A DNA stretch of 22,022 nucleotides. It comes from a virus. A model generated the notes under the pieces. That model had not been told where the DNA came from, did no database searches, and saw only the letters and a program-made list of their open reading frames with translations. The stretch spans positions 1 through 22,022 of the IMG/VR virus record IMGVR_UViG_3300045988_001472; one strand, 5' to 3'. A program made the translations under genes and the position numbers. Below are positions 9,171-18,932 of this stretch, piece by piece (positions within the stretch are counted from its first letter, which is position 1; the number at the start of each line of letters is the position of its first letter).

Positions 9171-9512
9171 ATGATTCTATCTATCAACGGACGAGACTTT
9201 GAATTGAAATTCGGACTTGCGTTCTTGCGTGAAATCAACAAATTGCACTCAGCAGAACTTGAGGGCATGAAGACTGGTTACGGTGCTATGACATTGATTT
9301 CAGCCGGTGTCGCTATCAACGACCCGTTGGCATTTGTGGATATCATCAAAGCTGGTACGATTACAGCACCACAAAAGCCAAGTGACGCTGACATTGAAGC
9401 CTATCTTGCTGATTTGATTGACAAAGGTAAATACAAAGAGACAATCGGCTCTATTATTGACGAGTTAAAAGCGTCATCCCTACTCAAACTCGCAATGAAC
9501 GTTCAAGAGTAG
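9171..9512 (+). CDS. Tail assembly chaperone (gpG analogue)
   Basis: A 113-aa ORF between the major tail and tape measure genes with an AAAGGAG RBS. It overlaps a -1 frame ORF downstream. Confidence 0.7.
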   Translation: MILSINGRDFELKFGLAFLREINKLHSAELEGMKTGYGAMTLISAGVAINDPLAFVDIIKAGTITAPQKPSDADIEAYLADLIDKGKYKETIGSIIDELKASSLLKLAMNVQE

Positions 9513-9889
9513 GGCAACATCAACCAGATTATGATTTCAGCTACGATGACGCAATTGCTTTATTGATTGCAAGGCACGGCATGAGCTACACAGAAGCCGC
9601 TAGGACAACTCTTGTTGAATTTGAGGTATACAATACTGCCTACGCAATTAAACAAGAGGATATCCGCTTTAACGCAGCAATTCAAGCATGGTATAACCAG
9701 ACCGTGCAGGCTACCAAAGGCAAGGGCAAGAGTGTTCGCTCAGCTTACCGAACCTTTAATGAGTTTTATGATCATGAGAAAGAGTTCAGTAGGATATTTA
9801 AACCAGAGGACACTGTGCCTAGAAGTCGAGCGCTTTCGTTAGCTGATAAGAATAGGATCATTAATCAAAAAATGAAAGGGGGTAGTTAA
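9171..9889 (+). CDS. Tail assembly chaperone G-T fusion made by a -1 programmed frameshift near 9465-9471
   Basis: The downstream ORF (track 9563-9889) is in the -1 frame relative to 9171-9512. That frame is already open from 9461, so it overlaps the end of G by 52 nt. It has no convincing RBS or ATG of its own, and its stop overlaps the tape measure ATG (TAATG). Confidence 0.6.
9465..9514 (+). promoter_or_regulatory. Candidate -1 frameshift signal: slippery UUAAAAG plus a downstream stem-loop
   Basis: In the zero frame the sequence reads gag UUA AAA Gcg. The AAA codon (9468-9470) can re-pair with AAA at 9467-9469. Seven nt downstream there is a perfect 8-bp stem, CCCTACTC (9478-9485) with GAGTAGGG (9507-9514), that spans the G stop codon. 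Confidence 0.55.
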
Positions 9890-12800
9890 TGGGAGCATCT
9901 TTTGACGTTACGGCCATATTGCGTGCCAATTCAAGCGACTTCACCAACGGTGTCAATGCTGCCAAGTCTGCCCTTGCTGATTTGAAGAATCAGTCTGGGG
10001 GCATGCTTGCTCAAGTTGGTAGCAGTTTAAAGTCAGTCGGTAGCGCCATGCAATCAGTCGGCGCTGGAATGACCACGGCTTTCACATTGCCGATGGTCGG
10101 TGGGTTAACTGCCGTCATCAAAGGCTATGCAGACCTTGAGCAATCTTTGGGTGGTGTTTCTACGCTATTCAAACAGAACGGTTCAAGCGTCAATGCCCTT
10201 GCCAGAGACTACGGCATGACCAGACAGCAAGCCCAAGAACTCTATAATACAATGGATCGTGAGGGCACCAACGTCATTGAAAACGCCAACCGAGCCTATA
10301 GGACGGCTGGTGTGTCTGCTAACCGCTATATGGAGCAGGTAACGTCGTTCTCAGCTACCTTGTTACAAGGTCTAGGCGGTGACACTGCCAAGGCTGCGAA
10401 ATACGGGGATAAAGCCCTTGTCCAAATGTCTGATAATGCGAACAAGTTCGGTACTAACATGACGGACATTCAAAACGCTTATCAAGGTTTCGCCAAGGAT
10501 AACTACTCAATGCTGGACAACCTGAAACTTGGTTATGGTGGTACCATGTCCGAAATGGCTCGCTTGGTCAATGAATCTGGTGTCTTGAATGGTGAATTTG
10601 AAGCTACAGCTGACAATATCCGTGATATTCCATTTCATACCTTGATTGATGCCATCGGTATTACTCAAGATAGATTGGGAGTTACCGGAACGACTGCTAA
10701 AGAAGCAAGTACAACCGTTTCGGGTTCGTTTAATTCCATGAAAGCAGCCGCTGAGAACTTAGTGGCCGGTCTTGGTAACAATGAAGCTAATATCAAGCAG
10801 CTCATGGAGAACATGAAGCAGACTATCATCATATTTAAAGATAATGTGGTGCGTGTTCTAGGGACTATCTGGGACAATCTGCCAGTGGACGGATGGGTTA
10901 AATGGGCAGCGCTTATCGTTGGAGCAGCGGGGCCTATCATCGCAATACTTGGGACCCTAATCATTTGGGTTGGTAACGTTGTTTCTGCATTGAGCACAAT
11001 TGGTGGCGCTATCAGCTCGCTTGCTGGATTCTTCTCAAGTGGTACCGCAGCAGTAGAAGGCTTTTCAATGGCTTTCGAAGGTGGCGAAGCCATGATGGTT
11101 TCATTTGGTAGTGCTGCCAGTGGTGTTTCTGCTGCTGCCCTTGCTGCGTTCGCTGGGATTGCGTTAGCGGTTGGGATGGTAGTAGCTGCGCTTGTTGATT
11201 TGTGGAATCATAACGAGAATTTCCGTTCACAAGTCATTGCAATCTGGGAAACCATCAAGAGTGCAATCACTAGCGCTGTTCAAGCCATTGTGTCATTTGT
11301 CATGTCAATTTGGGGTCAGTTGACGTCATTCTGGAACGAAAACCACGCCTTGATTATGCAGACAGCGACGACTTACTGGAATATGTTCAAGAGCATGATT
11401 GAAAACGTCATGAACGCTATTCTGCCAGTCGTTCAAACTGGATTGAATTTGTTGATTACGCTGTTCTCAACGAGCTGGCAAATGATCACAACGGTCATTT
11501 CAACAGTTATCGATGTTATCCTCAATATCATTAAGATGGGTATGCAGATTCTACAAGGTGACTGGTCTGGAGCGTGGGAAACGTTCAAAACCATCTTGTC
11601 TACTGTTTGGGAAGGCATCAAGTCACTTGTTTCAATCGGTATCAATGCTATTGGTCCAATTATCCAAGCGGGGATTCAGTTCATTCTTGCGATTTGGGAC
11701 GCAGCATGGGCATTGTTAGCTGTTCCATTCCAAGCGCTTTGGGCATTGCTTCAACAAATCGCTGGCGGAGCTATGACTGCCATTAGCGGTGTTATTAGTG
11801 CTGGTATTGCTGTGATTCAATCCATTTGGTCAGCAGCGTGGACGGTTATCCAGACAGTGTTCTCAACAGTTTGGAATACAATCACGTCTATTCTGTCACC
11901 TATCATGGCCGGCATATCAAGCATTATTTCAAGCACTTTGTCAGCTATCCAAGCGATTTGGAACGCCATCTGGACGGGTATTCAAGCTGTTTTAGCTGGT
12001 GTATTGGCTGCTATCGTCGGATTGGTTACTGGTAACTTCTCGCAAGTTCAGGCGGCTATTTCGTCAATTATGTCAGCTATTCAAGCCACTATCAGCGCGA
12101 TTTGGAATGCCATCTTGTCGCTTATCAGAAGCGTATTGAGTGCGATTGCTAGCACTGTATCAAGTACATGGTCAGCGATTCAATCTGCTATTTCAAGTGC
12201 TATGAGTTCTGTTCAGAGCATCATCAGCTCAGCTTGGAGCGCTGTTAGATCAGCAGTATCAAGTGCCATGAGCTCTATTCAGTCAGCTATTACTAGCGGA
12301 TTTAGTGCCGTGGTATCAGCGGTAACAAGTGCCGGTCAGCGTATCATTTCAGCAGTTCGCTCAGCGTTCAGCGGTGCACTTAGTGCAGCCCGTGGATTCG
12401 TTGGACAAGCTGCAAGCGTCGGTGCTAACCTTATTAGCGGTTTCGTTAGCGGGGTTACATCCGCAGCCGGGAAACTGATTTCAGCGGTTAAAGGTGCGGT
12501 AGGTAACGCCATCAATGGAGCTAAAGCCTTGCTTGGTATCAAATCGCCATCCCGTGTATTCCGTCAATTCGGTATCTACACGGATAAAGGTTTTATCATC
12601 GGTATTGATAGCAAAGCGGACCAAGTAGCCCGTTCAATGCGTTATATGGCCCAAGGAGCTATTGACGCATTCACTGGTCAAGATATCAATGGAGCTATCA
12701 CTGATGAACTTGGTAGCATGGACGGCCAGTTAGGTCGTTTAGCAGGGTATGATCCATCTGTTTCATTCAACGGTGGCAAGATGTCAGTTACTCAACAAGC

Positions 12801-12900
12801 AGCGGACATCGTGCTTAAAATGGGTGATACAACTTACAGAGCATTTACTGAGGATATCACTAATGCTCAATCAATGGAATTAATGCTTGATAACTATTAA
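9889..12900 (+). CDS. Tail tape measure protein
   Basis: A 1003-aa ORF in the canonical position. It has two hydrophobic segments and a long Ala/Ser/Ile-rich helical region with Trp at multiples of 11 residues. No lysozyme or peptidase motif was recognised. Confidence 0.9.
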   Translation: MGASFDVTAILRANSSDFTNGVNAAKSALADLKNQSGGMLAQVGSSLKSVGSAMQSVGAGMTTAFTLPMVGGLTAVIKGYADLEQSLGGVSTLFKQNGSSVNALARDYGMTRQQAQELYNTMDREGTNVIENANRAYRTAGVSANRYMEQVTSFSATLLQGLGGDTAKAAKYGDKALVQMSDNANKFGTNMTDIQNAYQGFAKDNYSMLDNLKLGYGGTMSEMARLVNESGVLNGEFEATADNIRDIPFHTLIDAIGITQDRLGVTGTTAKEASTTVSGSFNSMKAAAENLVAGLGNNEANIKQLMENMKQTIIIFKDNVVRVLGTIWDNLPVDGWVKWAALIVGAAGPIIAILGTLIIWVGNVVSALSTIGGAISSLAGFFSSGTAAVEGFSMAFEGGEAMMVSFGSAASGVSAAALAAFAGIALAVGMVVAALVDLWNHNENFRSQVIAIWETIKSAITSAVQAIVSFVMSIWGQLTSFWNENHALIMQTATTYWNMFKSMIENVMNAILPVVQTGLNLLITLFSTSWQMITTVISTVIDVILNIIKMGMQILQGDWSGAWETFKTILSTVWEGIKSLVSIGINAIGPIIQAGIQFILAIWDAAWALLAVPFQALWALLQQIAGGAMTAISGVISAGIAVIQSIWSAAWTVIQTVFSTVWNTITSILSPIMAGISSIISSTLSAIQAIWNAIWTGIQAVLAGVLAAIVGLVTGNFSQVQAAISSIMSAIQATISAIWNAILSLIRSVLSAIASTVSSTWSAIQSAISSAMSSVQSIISSAWSAVRSAVSSAMSSIQSAITSGFSAVVSAVTSAGQRIISAVRSAFSGALSAARGFVGQAASVGANLISGFVSGVTSAAGKLISAVKGAVGNAINGAKALLGIKSPSRVFRQFGIYTDKGFIIGIDSKADQVARSMRYMAQGAIDAFTGQDINGAITDELGSMDGQLGRLAGYDPSVSFNGGKMSVTQQAADIVLKMGDTTYRAFTEDITNAQSMELMLDNY

Positions 12901-12922
12901 GAGAGAAAAGAGGTTTTAGCAA

Positions 12923-13714
12923 ATGTATGATTATGCTTCATTGAAGCGCACGGAATCAACGGTGCTGCAAAGAGCGCCAGTTGATAACATGCGTATCAAC
13001 GGGACGCCCATTGAAGATATCATCCAAGGATATCGACAGCTTACAGTTAAGGGTCGTTCGTTGCTTAACCGTGAGATTTCAACTACTAGAGTTCCGGGGC
13101 GCCGCGGTGTCTGGGTGGACAGTGTCAACGACTCAGAGCGTGAGATTGAAGTTAAATATCAGTTAACTACAGTTACTAGCCAAGTCATGAGGACCTCTTT
13201 CCGAGAGCTTAACCGCATCTTGAGAGAGGTAGGCCCTAGCGGGTATCTCGAAGTCACTTTTGACGACGAGCCAGATTTCACTTACTACGCCATTTTCAAG
13301 GAAGCGGACGAAGTCGAGGAAGACAGGCTTTCAGTCATTAGCAGTTTTGTTCTGCTAGTGCCAGACGGCTATAAAAAACGAGTTCCAGAGCGTTCTAACG
13401 ACATTGTTTATCTAACTTATGCTAAGAAAGTGATACCTGAGAAGATTGTAGCTGTAACATCTACAGCGGCAACGGAATTTGAAATTATCAACGGTCAAAC
13501 CAAGCTGTCGTTTAAGGGTAGTTATGCAGCTAATAAGGAAATCGTCATTAAATTCGGTACAGAAGAAGTGACAGCTACTTATGATGGGCGTAATATCCTA
13601 AGCGAATTACAACGTTTTAGCCCGCTTGAGCAGTTCTATGTTAAGGACGGCGACAGATTGACCGGCAAAAATGTAACTATCCGTGAGGTACAGTGGAGGG
13701 ATGAAAGTCTATGA
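12923..13714 (+). CDS. Distal tail protein (Dit)
   Basis: A 263-aa ORF directly after the tape measure and overlapping the large tail protein (ATGA). Size and position are typical of Sipho_tail/Dit. Confidence 0.7.
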   Translation: MYDYASLKRTESTVLQRAPVDNMRINGTPIEDIIQGYRQLTVKGRSLLNREISTTRVPGRRGVWVDSVNDSEREIEVKYQLTTVTSQVMRTSFRELNRILREVGPSGYLEVTFDDEPDFTYYAIFKEADEVEEDRLSVISSFVLLVPDGYKKRVPERSNDIVYLTYAKKVIPEKIVAVTSTAATEFEIINGQTKLSFKGSYAANKEIVIKFGTEEVTATYDGRNILSELQRFSPLEQFYVKDGDRLTGKNVTIREVQWRDESL

Positions 13715-16700
13715 TCTATTTATTCGATAAGGATGAAAAACTTATCAAGATTGTTCGCAAGCCTGCAATTAAGAAGGCTTTGCAGAAATTCAGTCTTACC
13801 ACTGAAAACTACATTTCAGACCGCTTGACCGTCGAAATGAAAGCCTTGAAGGATGACGAGCTGGAAAAACTGGAATACATGGCTATTCAGTCAATCGACG
13901 ATACCCACAAATTCCATTACTTCTACATCGCCCAAGGCAACACCAAAGGGGATATCACAACGCTTATCGGTGTTCAGTCTGGCATTGAGGAGCTACGCAA
14001 GACAGTCGTTTACGACAAGCGCCCAACAGACCAACGTGCTAGACCAGTCATTGAATGGCTCTTGACTGGCACAAACTGGTCTCCTCGTTTCATTGCTGAA
14101 ACAAACCCAAAGAGTACCAATTTCTATTACATTTCCACATTCGATGCACTGAAAAAGGTGTGCAAAGTGTGGGGCTTAGAAATGCAGTTCTTTGTTGAAA
14201 TGAACGGCGCTCAGATTGGCGCTAGATACATTGATTTCAAGCGCAAAATAGGTGAAGCAGTCGGTAAGCGTGTTGTCTACGGTCATAACGCCCTTGAAAT
14301 TCTACAAGAGGTTGAAAAGACAAACCTATACACCGCCTTGGTTGGTCGTGGTAAAGGGGAACAAGTCAGCTCAGCGGAAGACACCGGCAAAGATGCCGAT
14401 GGCTATGGTCGAAAAATCAACTTCGAGGAAGTTGTCTGGTCAAAAGCCAAAGGGGACCCACTAGACAAGCCACTTGGTCAGAAGTATCTTGAAATCCCCG
14501 AAATGACCGCTAAATACGGGATTAAACAACCAGACGGCAAGATGCGCCCAAAGATTGGCTTTGTCGAATTTAGCGAGGAAGAAGACAAGAACGAACTTAT
14601 CAAGCAGACTTACGAGGCTTTGATTGAGTCTTCAAGACCTAAGTTGACACTTAAAACGTCAACGGTATATCTCAAGGGCGTTCAAATCGGGGACACTATC
14701 CGAGTTGTTCGTCATGACAGACATCTTGATTATGATACACGTATCTTTGAAATCACATTTAACCGCTTAAACAATGAGTCTAGCGACATCAAGCTGGGAG
14801 ATCGAGTTAGCGAAAGCAATGACGCAAAGGTACAGAGTACCGTCAACAAAGCTATTGATGAGTTTAAAGCTGGTGAGTTTACTGAGTTTGTCAAGAAACT
14901 GCCAGAGTTTATCCCATCAGCTAATGGGTTTAACCATAATTGGTACACAAGCACTGATCCAACAGAGTCTCACCCCGGACAAGTCCTAATCAATGATTCT
15001 TGGTACAAACCAGACCCAGAACACGAGGGGCATACCATCATGTATCGCTGGACTGGGGAAATGTGGCAAGAGGTCTTGAGGACATGGGACGGCACGGGGC
15101 TACAAGACAAAATCAAGAAAGAGTTTGAGAAAGTCGCAGCTGACATGGCTAAACAGCAATCAGACCACGACAGAGTGGTTGCTGAAATCACAGCCAAAGC
15201 TACTAATGCGGAAACATTAGCTAGTTCAGCTAAATCAACCGCAGAGGACGCTTTTAGCCATCTAAACGACGTCAAGAGTGAAGCTATCGCAGAAGCACGT
15301 TATTTGGACACCGTCGAGCGTGCAGAGACAGAGAAGAAGATTGCTGCATCTAAAAAAGACGCACTTTCAGAAGCTGTCAAACTGGTCGATAATGCTAAAA
15401 GTACGCTAAACACGGACTTATCAGAAACTGAAAAGAAAGTTGAAGCTCTAAAAGGTTCTATTGGCACATTGTCAAACGACACGTCTGTACAGTTTGCCAA
15501 AATCAACAACGCCTTGATTTCAGTAGCTAGCAAGCAAGATGTTGACAAAGTCAGTCAGCGCGTGTCTAATGCTGAGACGGTTTTGACACAGCAAGCAGGG
15601 CAGATTTCAGCTAAGGCTAGCAAAGAGGAAGTCAATGCTGTTTCTGGGCGTCTAAACAAGGCTGAGAGCTCGTTGACAGTGCAGGCTGGGGAAATCAGCC
15701 AGAAAGCCGACAAGCAGGATGTAGACACGCTGACAGGGCGTGTGGATCGTGCTGAAACATCAATCACTCAGCAAGCGGACATGATTGCGTCTAAAGCTAA
15801 CAAACAAGAGCTTGACAATGTCAATAATCGAGTGTTGAACGCTGAAAGTCATATCACTCAGCAAGCTAACGAGATTAGTCAACGAGTGAAAACAAGCGAT
15901 TTTAACAATGCTACTCAGAGACTTGCTACGGCTGAAAGCTCAATTACTCAGCTAGGAAATAAAATCACTACTGAGATTAGCAGAGTAGACAGCAAGATCC
16001 CGACAGATTTTGGCAGTCGTAACTTGATTTTGAAGTCAGCAGATTTCGAGAACTTGCACCGACAGCCGGCAGGAAGTAATGCTACTACCGACGGTCAGGC
16101 CTATATCATCAATTCCCAAAACTACCCTAACGATGTTTACGCTGGGATTTCATGGAATATGGCTGTTGCGGATGTTAAGGCCGGGGAAACATTCTCACTT
16201 CTAGCCCCGATTTACATCGACAGCAGCATCGATATTGATTTCGGCGCTAAAATTATGATAAAAAACCATAAAAGTAATGACCATTTATTCGTCTTTGACA
16301 TACCGACGGGCGTTAAAGATGAATGGTTTGATGTCAAATTGACGTTTACTACTAGCAAGAGCGTTGAGCTTGGAGAGTGGCCGTTTTACATATCAGTGGT
16401 CAGAAATGGGTATCTGAAAATCAAACCGCCTATGCTGGTTAGAGGGGCACTCATCCCCTTGCAGCATACAGTAGCACCAGAGGATACCGAAGCCGAAATC
16501 AGCACGGTTAAAACGACGATAACACAGACCGAGCAAGGTGTCAGTCAGCTATCTCAGAAACAATCTGAAACAGATAGCCGCATGACTAACGCTGAAACCA
16601 AGGTTAATCAATTGGTCGGTGAAATGTCGTCGAAGGTATCGAAGACAGATTTTGACAAATTGTCCAAGAGCGTAGTGGCTAATAGTACCGCAATCACTCA

Positions 16701-18690
16701 GACTGATAGCAAAATCAGTTTAAAAGCAGACCGGACAGAAGTCCAAACTGCCAAAGCTACGGCTGACAGTGCAGTGTCTAAAGGTCAAGAGTTAGAGCGT
16801 AAAATCAACCAGACTAACGCAGAATTACGTGTCACAGCGGATTCTATCGCTCAAAAGGTTTCAAGAGTTGATTTTGACAATCTTGGGAATAAAGTCACTA
16901 ACGCTGAAACGCAAATCAACACGTTAGCTGGCAAGATTGAAACTAAGCTATCTAGAGTAGACCTAGATAGAACCATTGATAGCAGAGGCTTTGTGACGGC
17001 TACTACTGTCACGAATCTCATTCAACAATCAGAGCGAGGGACAACTCAGCTTATTAGCGAGGTTAAGAAACAGATCCCGTCAATCGGACAAGTCGGCGGC
17101 GAGAATTTAATCCAAAACTCGGCATTCCCACAAAACATAGACGGCTGGGGTACATGGATTTATGGACAAGGGAATAAGAATTTATTCGTAGATAAGCATG
17201 CTACTTATTACAACGGGGCTAGAGAGCTGTTCCGTTTGTACAATGCAGAAGCTCAACTCACTGCGACAACGCCAGCGTCCACTCGAAGGATTCCTCTTAA
17301 GAGAAACACTGCTTACCGAGTTAATATCTCGCTAATTGGCAGCGATAACTTGGCTGGCGCTGACATTTATTTGCTAGTTAGAAAAACGGGAGAGACCAAA
17401 GACTACACTAACGTCTATCACTTGAAACACATCAACGGTCCAGAGATTAGCACGCTTAAGCGGTTTGGATTAACTGTCCAAAACGGAGAATTCGATGAAG
17501 GATATATTCGGATTGATAACAGAGGGCGCACGGATGCACAACCGTCAAACTTATTCTTCACAGAACTAGATTTCTACGAAGGAACTATGGACCGTGCTTG
17601 GCAGCCGTCTCCGAAAGATGCAAGTCAAGAGGTTACGGTTAAATTCAATGAAATCAAGTCAACCGTTGACAGTTTCAGCCGAACTATTGGTGAACATGGG
17701 CAGTCCATTTCTCAGATTATTCAAGATGCCAAGGGTACAGTCTGGAAAGTCGAGAACCTAGAGGATAAGTGGTCGTTTAATCTCGGTGTCACTAACAGGC
17801 AACTAGACAAGCTAGACACTGGGCTTGAAGCTACCAAGTCCGAAATGTCGCAGATTGCTGGCTCATGGGCAGTCAAGAACCTAACAAGGTCTGGTGACGT
17901 GCTCAACCAAATCAATCTCAATAAGGACGGCTCAGTTAAAATCGACGGTAAACTGGTTCAAATCACTGGCTCTACGTACATCGAGGACGGTGTTATCAGC
18001 TCAGCCAAAATCGGAGAGCTTTCAGCAAGTAAAATCACTAGCGGGCGCTTAAACGCTTCACTGGTTGACGTTGTCAATCTGAATGCTTCAAGCGTTACTA
18101 GTGGTACGTTTACCGGTTTAAATTATCGTGGAGGCAAAATAGAAGGGCTCAACGGCTCAATGCGAGTTGACTTAAATCAATCTGAGATTCATTTCTACGA
18201 TAATGCAACGATTGAATTTCACAATAAGGATAACGCGCTGGTTCGACGTAAAGGTCCGCACACAGCGTTTGTGCACTTCAACGACACCCCACCAGACGAA
18301 GACCAGAATACCGGTTCGTTGTTTGCGGCCATCGGCGTTACATCCTCTGGAGATGGAATCAATTCAGCGTCTTCTGGTCGTTTCGCAGGGCTTCGTGTGT
18401 ATCGTGCTGCAAGGGGTTTGGAACATGTCGCAGTTTTTGACCAAGCTGAACTTTACGGCGACAGAATCTTGCTAAAAGACGACTTCTACCTTAACCGAGG
18501 GTTCTCTTTCCACCCAGCTTCACTTCCCGACGGGCGTTGGATAAATGTTACCAATCTTGCGTTTGCTGCTGCGGCTCTCGCTAGGGTCTGGCAGCATTTC
18601 CTAAATGTTGGAGGGAACGGAAAGGATCCTGCATTTATCAACGCTTTAAAAAACGAACAAGCGACTTTCGGTAAAATCGACCACTGGTAA
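13711..18690 (+). CDS. Tail-associated protein (Tal) / host-specificity receptor-binding protein
   Basis: A 1659-aa ORF. The N-terminal ~380 aa has the size and position of the prophage-tail (Tal) domain. It is followed by coiled-coil repeat arrays and two beta-sandwich, CBM-like modules that begin NLILKSADFEN and NLIQNSAFPQNIDGWGTW. A C-terminal region carries the SAKIGELSASKITSGRLNAS motif seen in streptococcal antireceptors. Confidence 0.8.
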   Translation: MIYLFDKDEKLIKIVRKPAIKKALQKFSLTTENYISDRLTVEMKALKDDELEKLEYMAIQSIDDTHKFHYFYIAQGNTKGDITTLIGVQSGIEELRKTVVYDKRPTDQRARPVIEWLLTGTNWSPRFIAETNPKSTNFYYISTFDALKKVCKVWGLEMQFFVEMNGAQIGARYIDFKRKIGEAVGKRVVYGHNALEILQEVEKTNLYTALVGRGKGEQVSSAEDTGKDADGYGRKINFEEVVWSKAKGDPLDKPLGQKYLEIPEMTAKYGIKQPDGKMRPKIGFVEFSEEEDKNELIKQTYEALIESSRPKLTLKTSTVYLKGVQIGDTIRVVRHDRHLDYDTRIFEITFNRLNNESSDIKLGDRVSESNDAKVQSTVNKAIDEFKAGEFTEFVKKLPEFIPSANGFNHNWYTSTDPTESHPGQVLINDSWYKPDPEHEGHTIMYRWTGEMWQEVLRTWDGTGLQDKIKKEFEKVAADMAKQQSDHDRVVAEITAKATNAETLASSAKSTAEDAFSHLNDVKSEAIAEARYLDTVERAETEKKIAASKKDALSEAVKLVDNAKSTLNTDLSETEKKVEALKGSIGTLSNDTSVQFAKINNALISVASKQDVDKVSQRVSNAETVLTQQAGQISAKASKEEVNAVSGRLNKAESSLTVQAGEISQKADKQDVDTLTGRVDRAETSITQQADMIASKANKQELDNVNNRVLNAESHITQQANEISQRVKTSDFNNATQRLATAESSITQLGNKITTEISRVDSKIPTDFGSRNLILKSADFENLHRQPAGSNATTDGQAYIINSQNYPNDVYAGISWNMAVADVKAGETFSLLAPIYIDSSIDIDFGAKIMIKNHKSNDHLFVFDIPTGVKDEWFDVKLTFTTSKSVELGEWPFYISVVRNGYLKIKPPMLVRGALIPLQHTVAPEDTEAEISTVKTTITQTEQGVSQLSQKQSETDSRMTNAETKVNQLVGEMSSKVSKTDFDKLSKSVVANSTAITQTDSKISLKADRTEVQTAKATADSAVSKGQELERKINQTNAELRVTADSIAQKVSRVDFDNLGNKVTNAETQINTLAGKIETKLSRVDLDRTIDSRGFVTATTVTNLIQQSERGTTQLISEVKKQIPSIGQVGGENLIQNSAFPQNIDGWGTWIYGQGNKNLFVDKHATYYNGARELFRLYNAEAQLTATTPASTRRIPLKRNTAYRVNISLIGSDNLAGADIYLLVRKTGETKDYTNVYHLKHINGPEISTLKRFGLTVQNGEFDEGYIRIDNRGRTDAQPSNLFFTELDFYEGTMDRAWQPSPKDASQEVTVKFNEIKSTVDSFSRTIGEHGQSISQIIQDAKGTVWKVENLEDKWSFNLGVTNRQLDKLDTGLEATKSEMSQIAGSWAVKNLTRSGDVLNQINLNKDGSVKIDGKLVQITGSTYIEDGVISSAKIGELSASKITSGRLNASLVDVVNLNASSVTSGTFTGLNYRGGKIEGLNGSMRVDLNQSEIHFYDNATIEFHNKDNALVRRKGPHTAFVHFNDTPPDEDQNTGSLFAAIGVTSSGDGINSASSGRFAGLRVYRAARGLEHVAVFDQAELYGDRILLKDDFYLNRGFSFHPASLPDGRWINVTNLAFAAAALARVWQHFLNVGGNGKDPAFINALKNEQATFGKIDHW
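15535..15984 (+). repeat. Five tandem 90-bp (30-aa) degenerate repeats inside the Tal gene
   Basis: Residues 609-758 read as five units of the pattern (Q/E)DVDxhxxRVxxAEsxITQQAxxIsxKxxK. An example is QDVDKVSQRVSNAETVLTQQAGQISAKASK followed by EEVNAVSGRLNKAESSLTVQAGEISQKADK. Confidence 0.8.
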
Positions 18691-18704
18691 GAGAGGAAAT
18701 ACTA

Positions 18705-18932
18705 ATGAACGAACAAATTTATACTTCAATGATTCAAGACATCGCAAGTCAGAATGCTAATTTAACGATTGAAAAAGCCGAGTTTAAGGCTCGCTTGCAG
18801 TCAACTGCTAGCGAACTGGAGCAGGTCAAATCACAACTAGAACACTATCAAAATGTACTAGCGTCTGATTCAGACCTTAACGACCTCTTTAATGAGGTAG
18901 CACAGAAAGGAGCGACTGATGAACAAATCTAA
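18705..18932 (+). CDS. Hypothetical small coiled-coil protein
   Basis: A 75-aa ORF with a GAGAGGA RBS, coupled to the next ORF. No function was recognised. Confidence 0.5.
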   Translation: MNEQIYTSMIQDIASQNANLTIEKAEFKARLQSTASELEQVKSQLEHYQNVLASDSDLNDLFNEVAQKGATDEQI

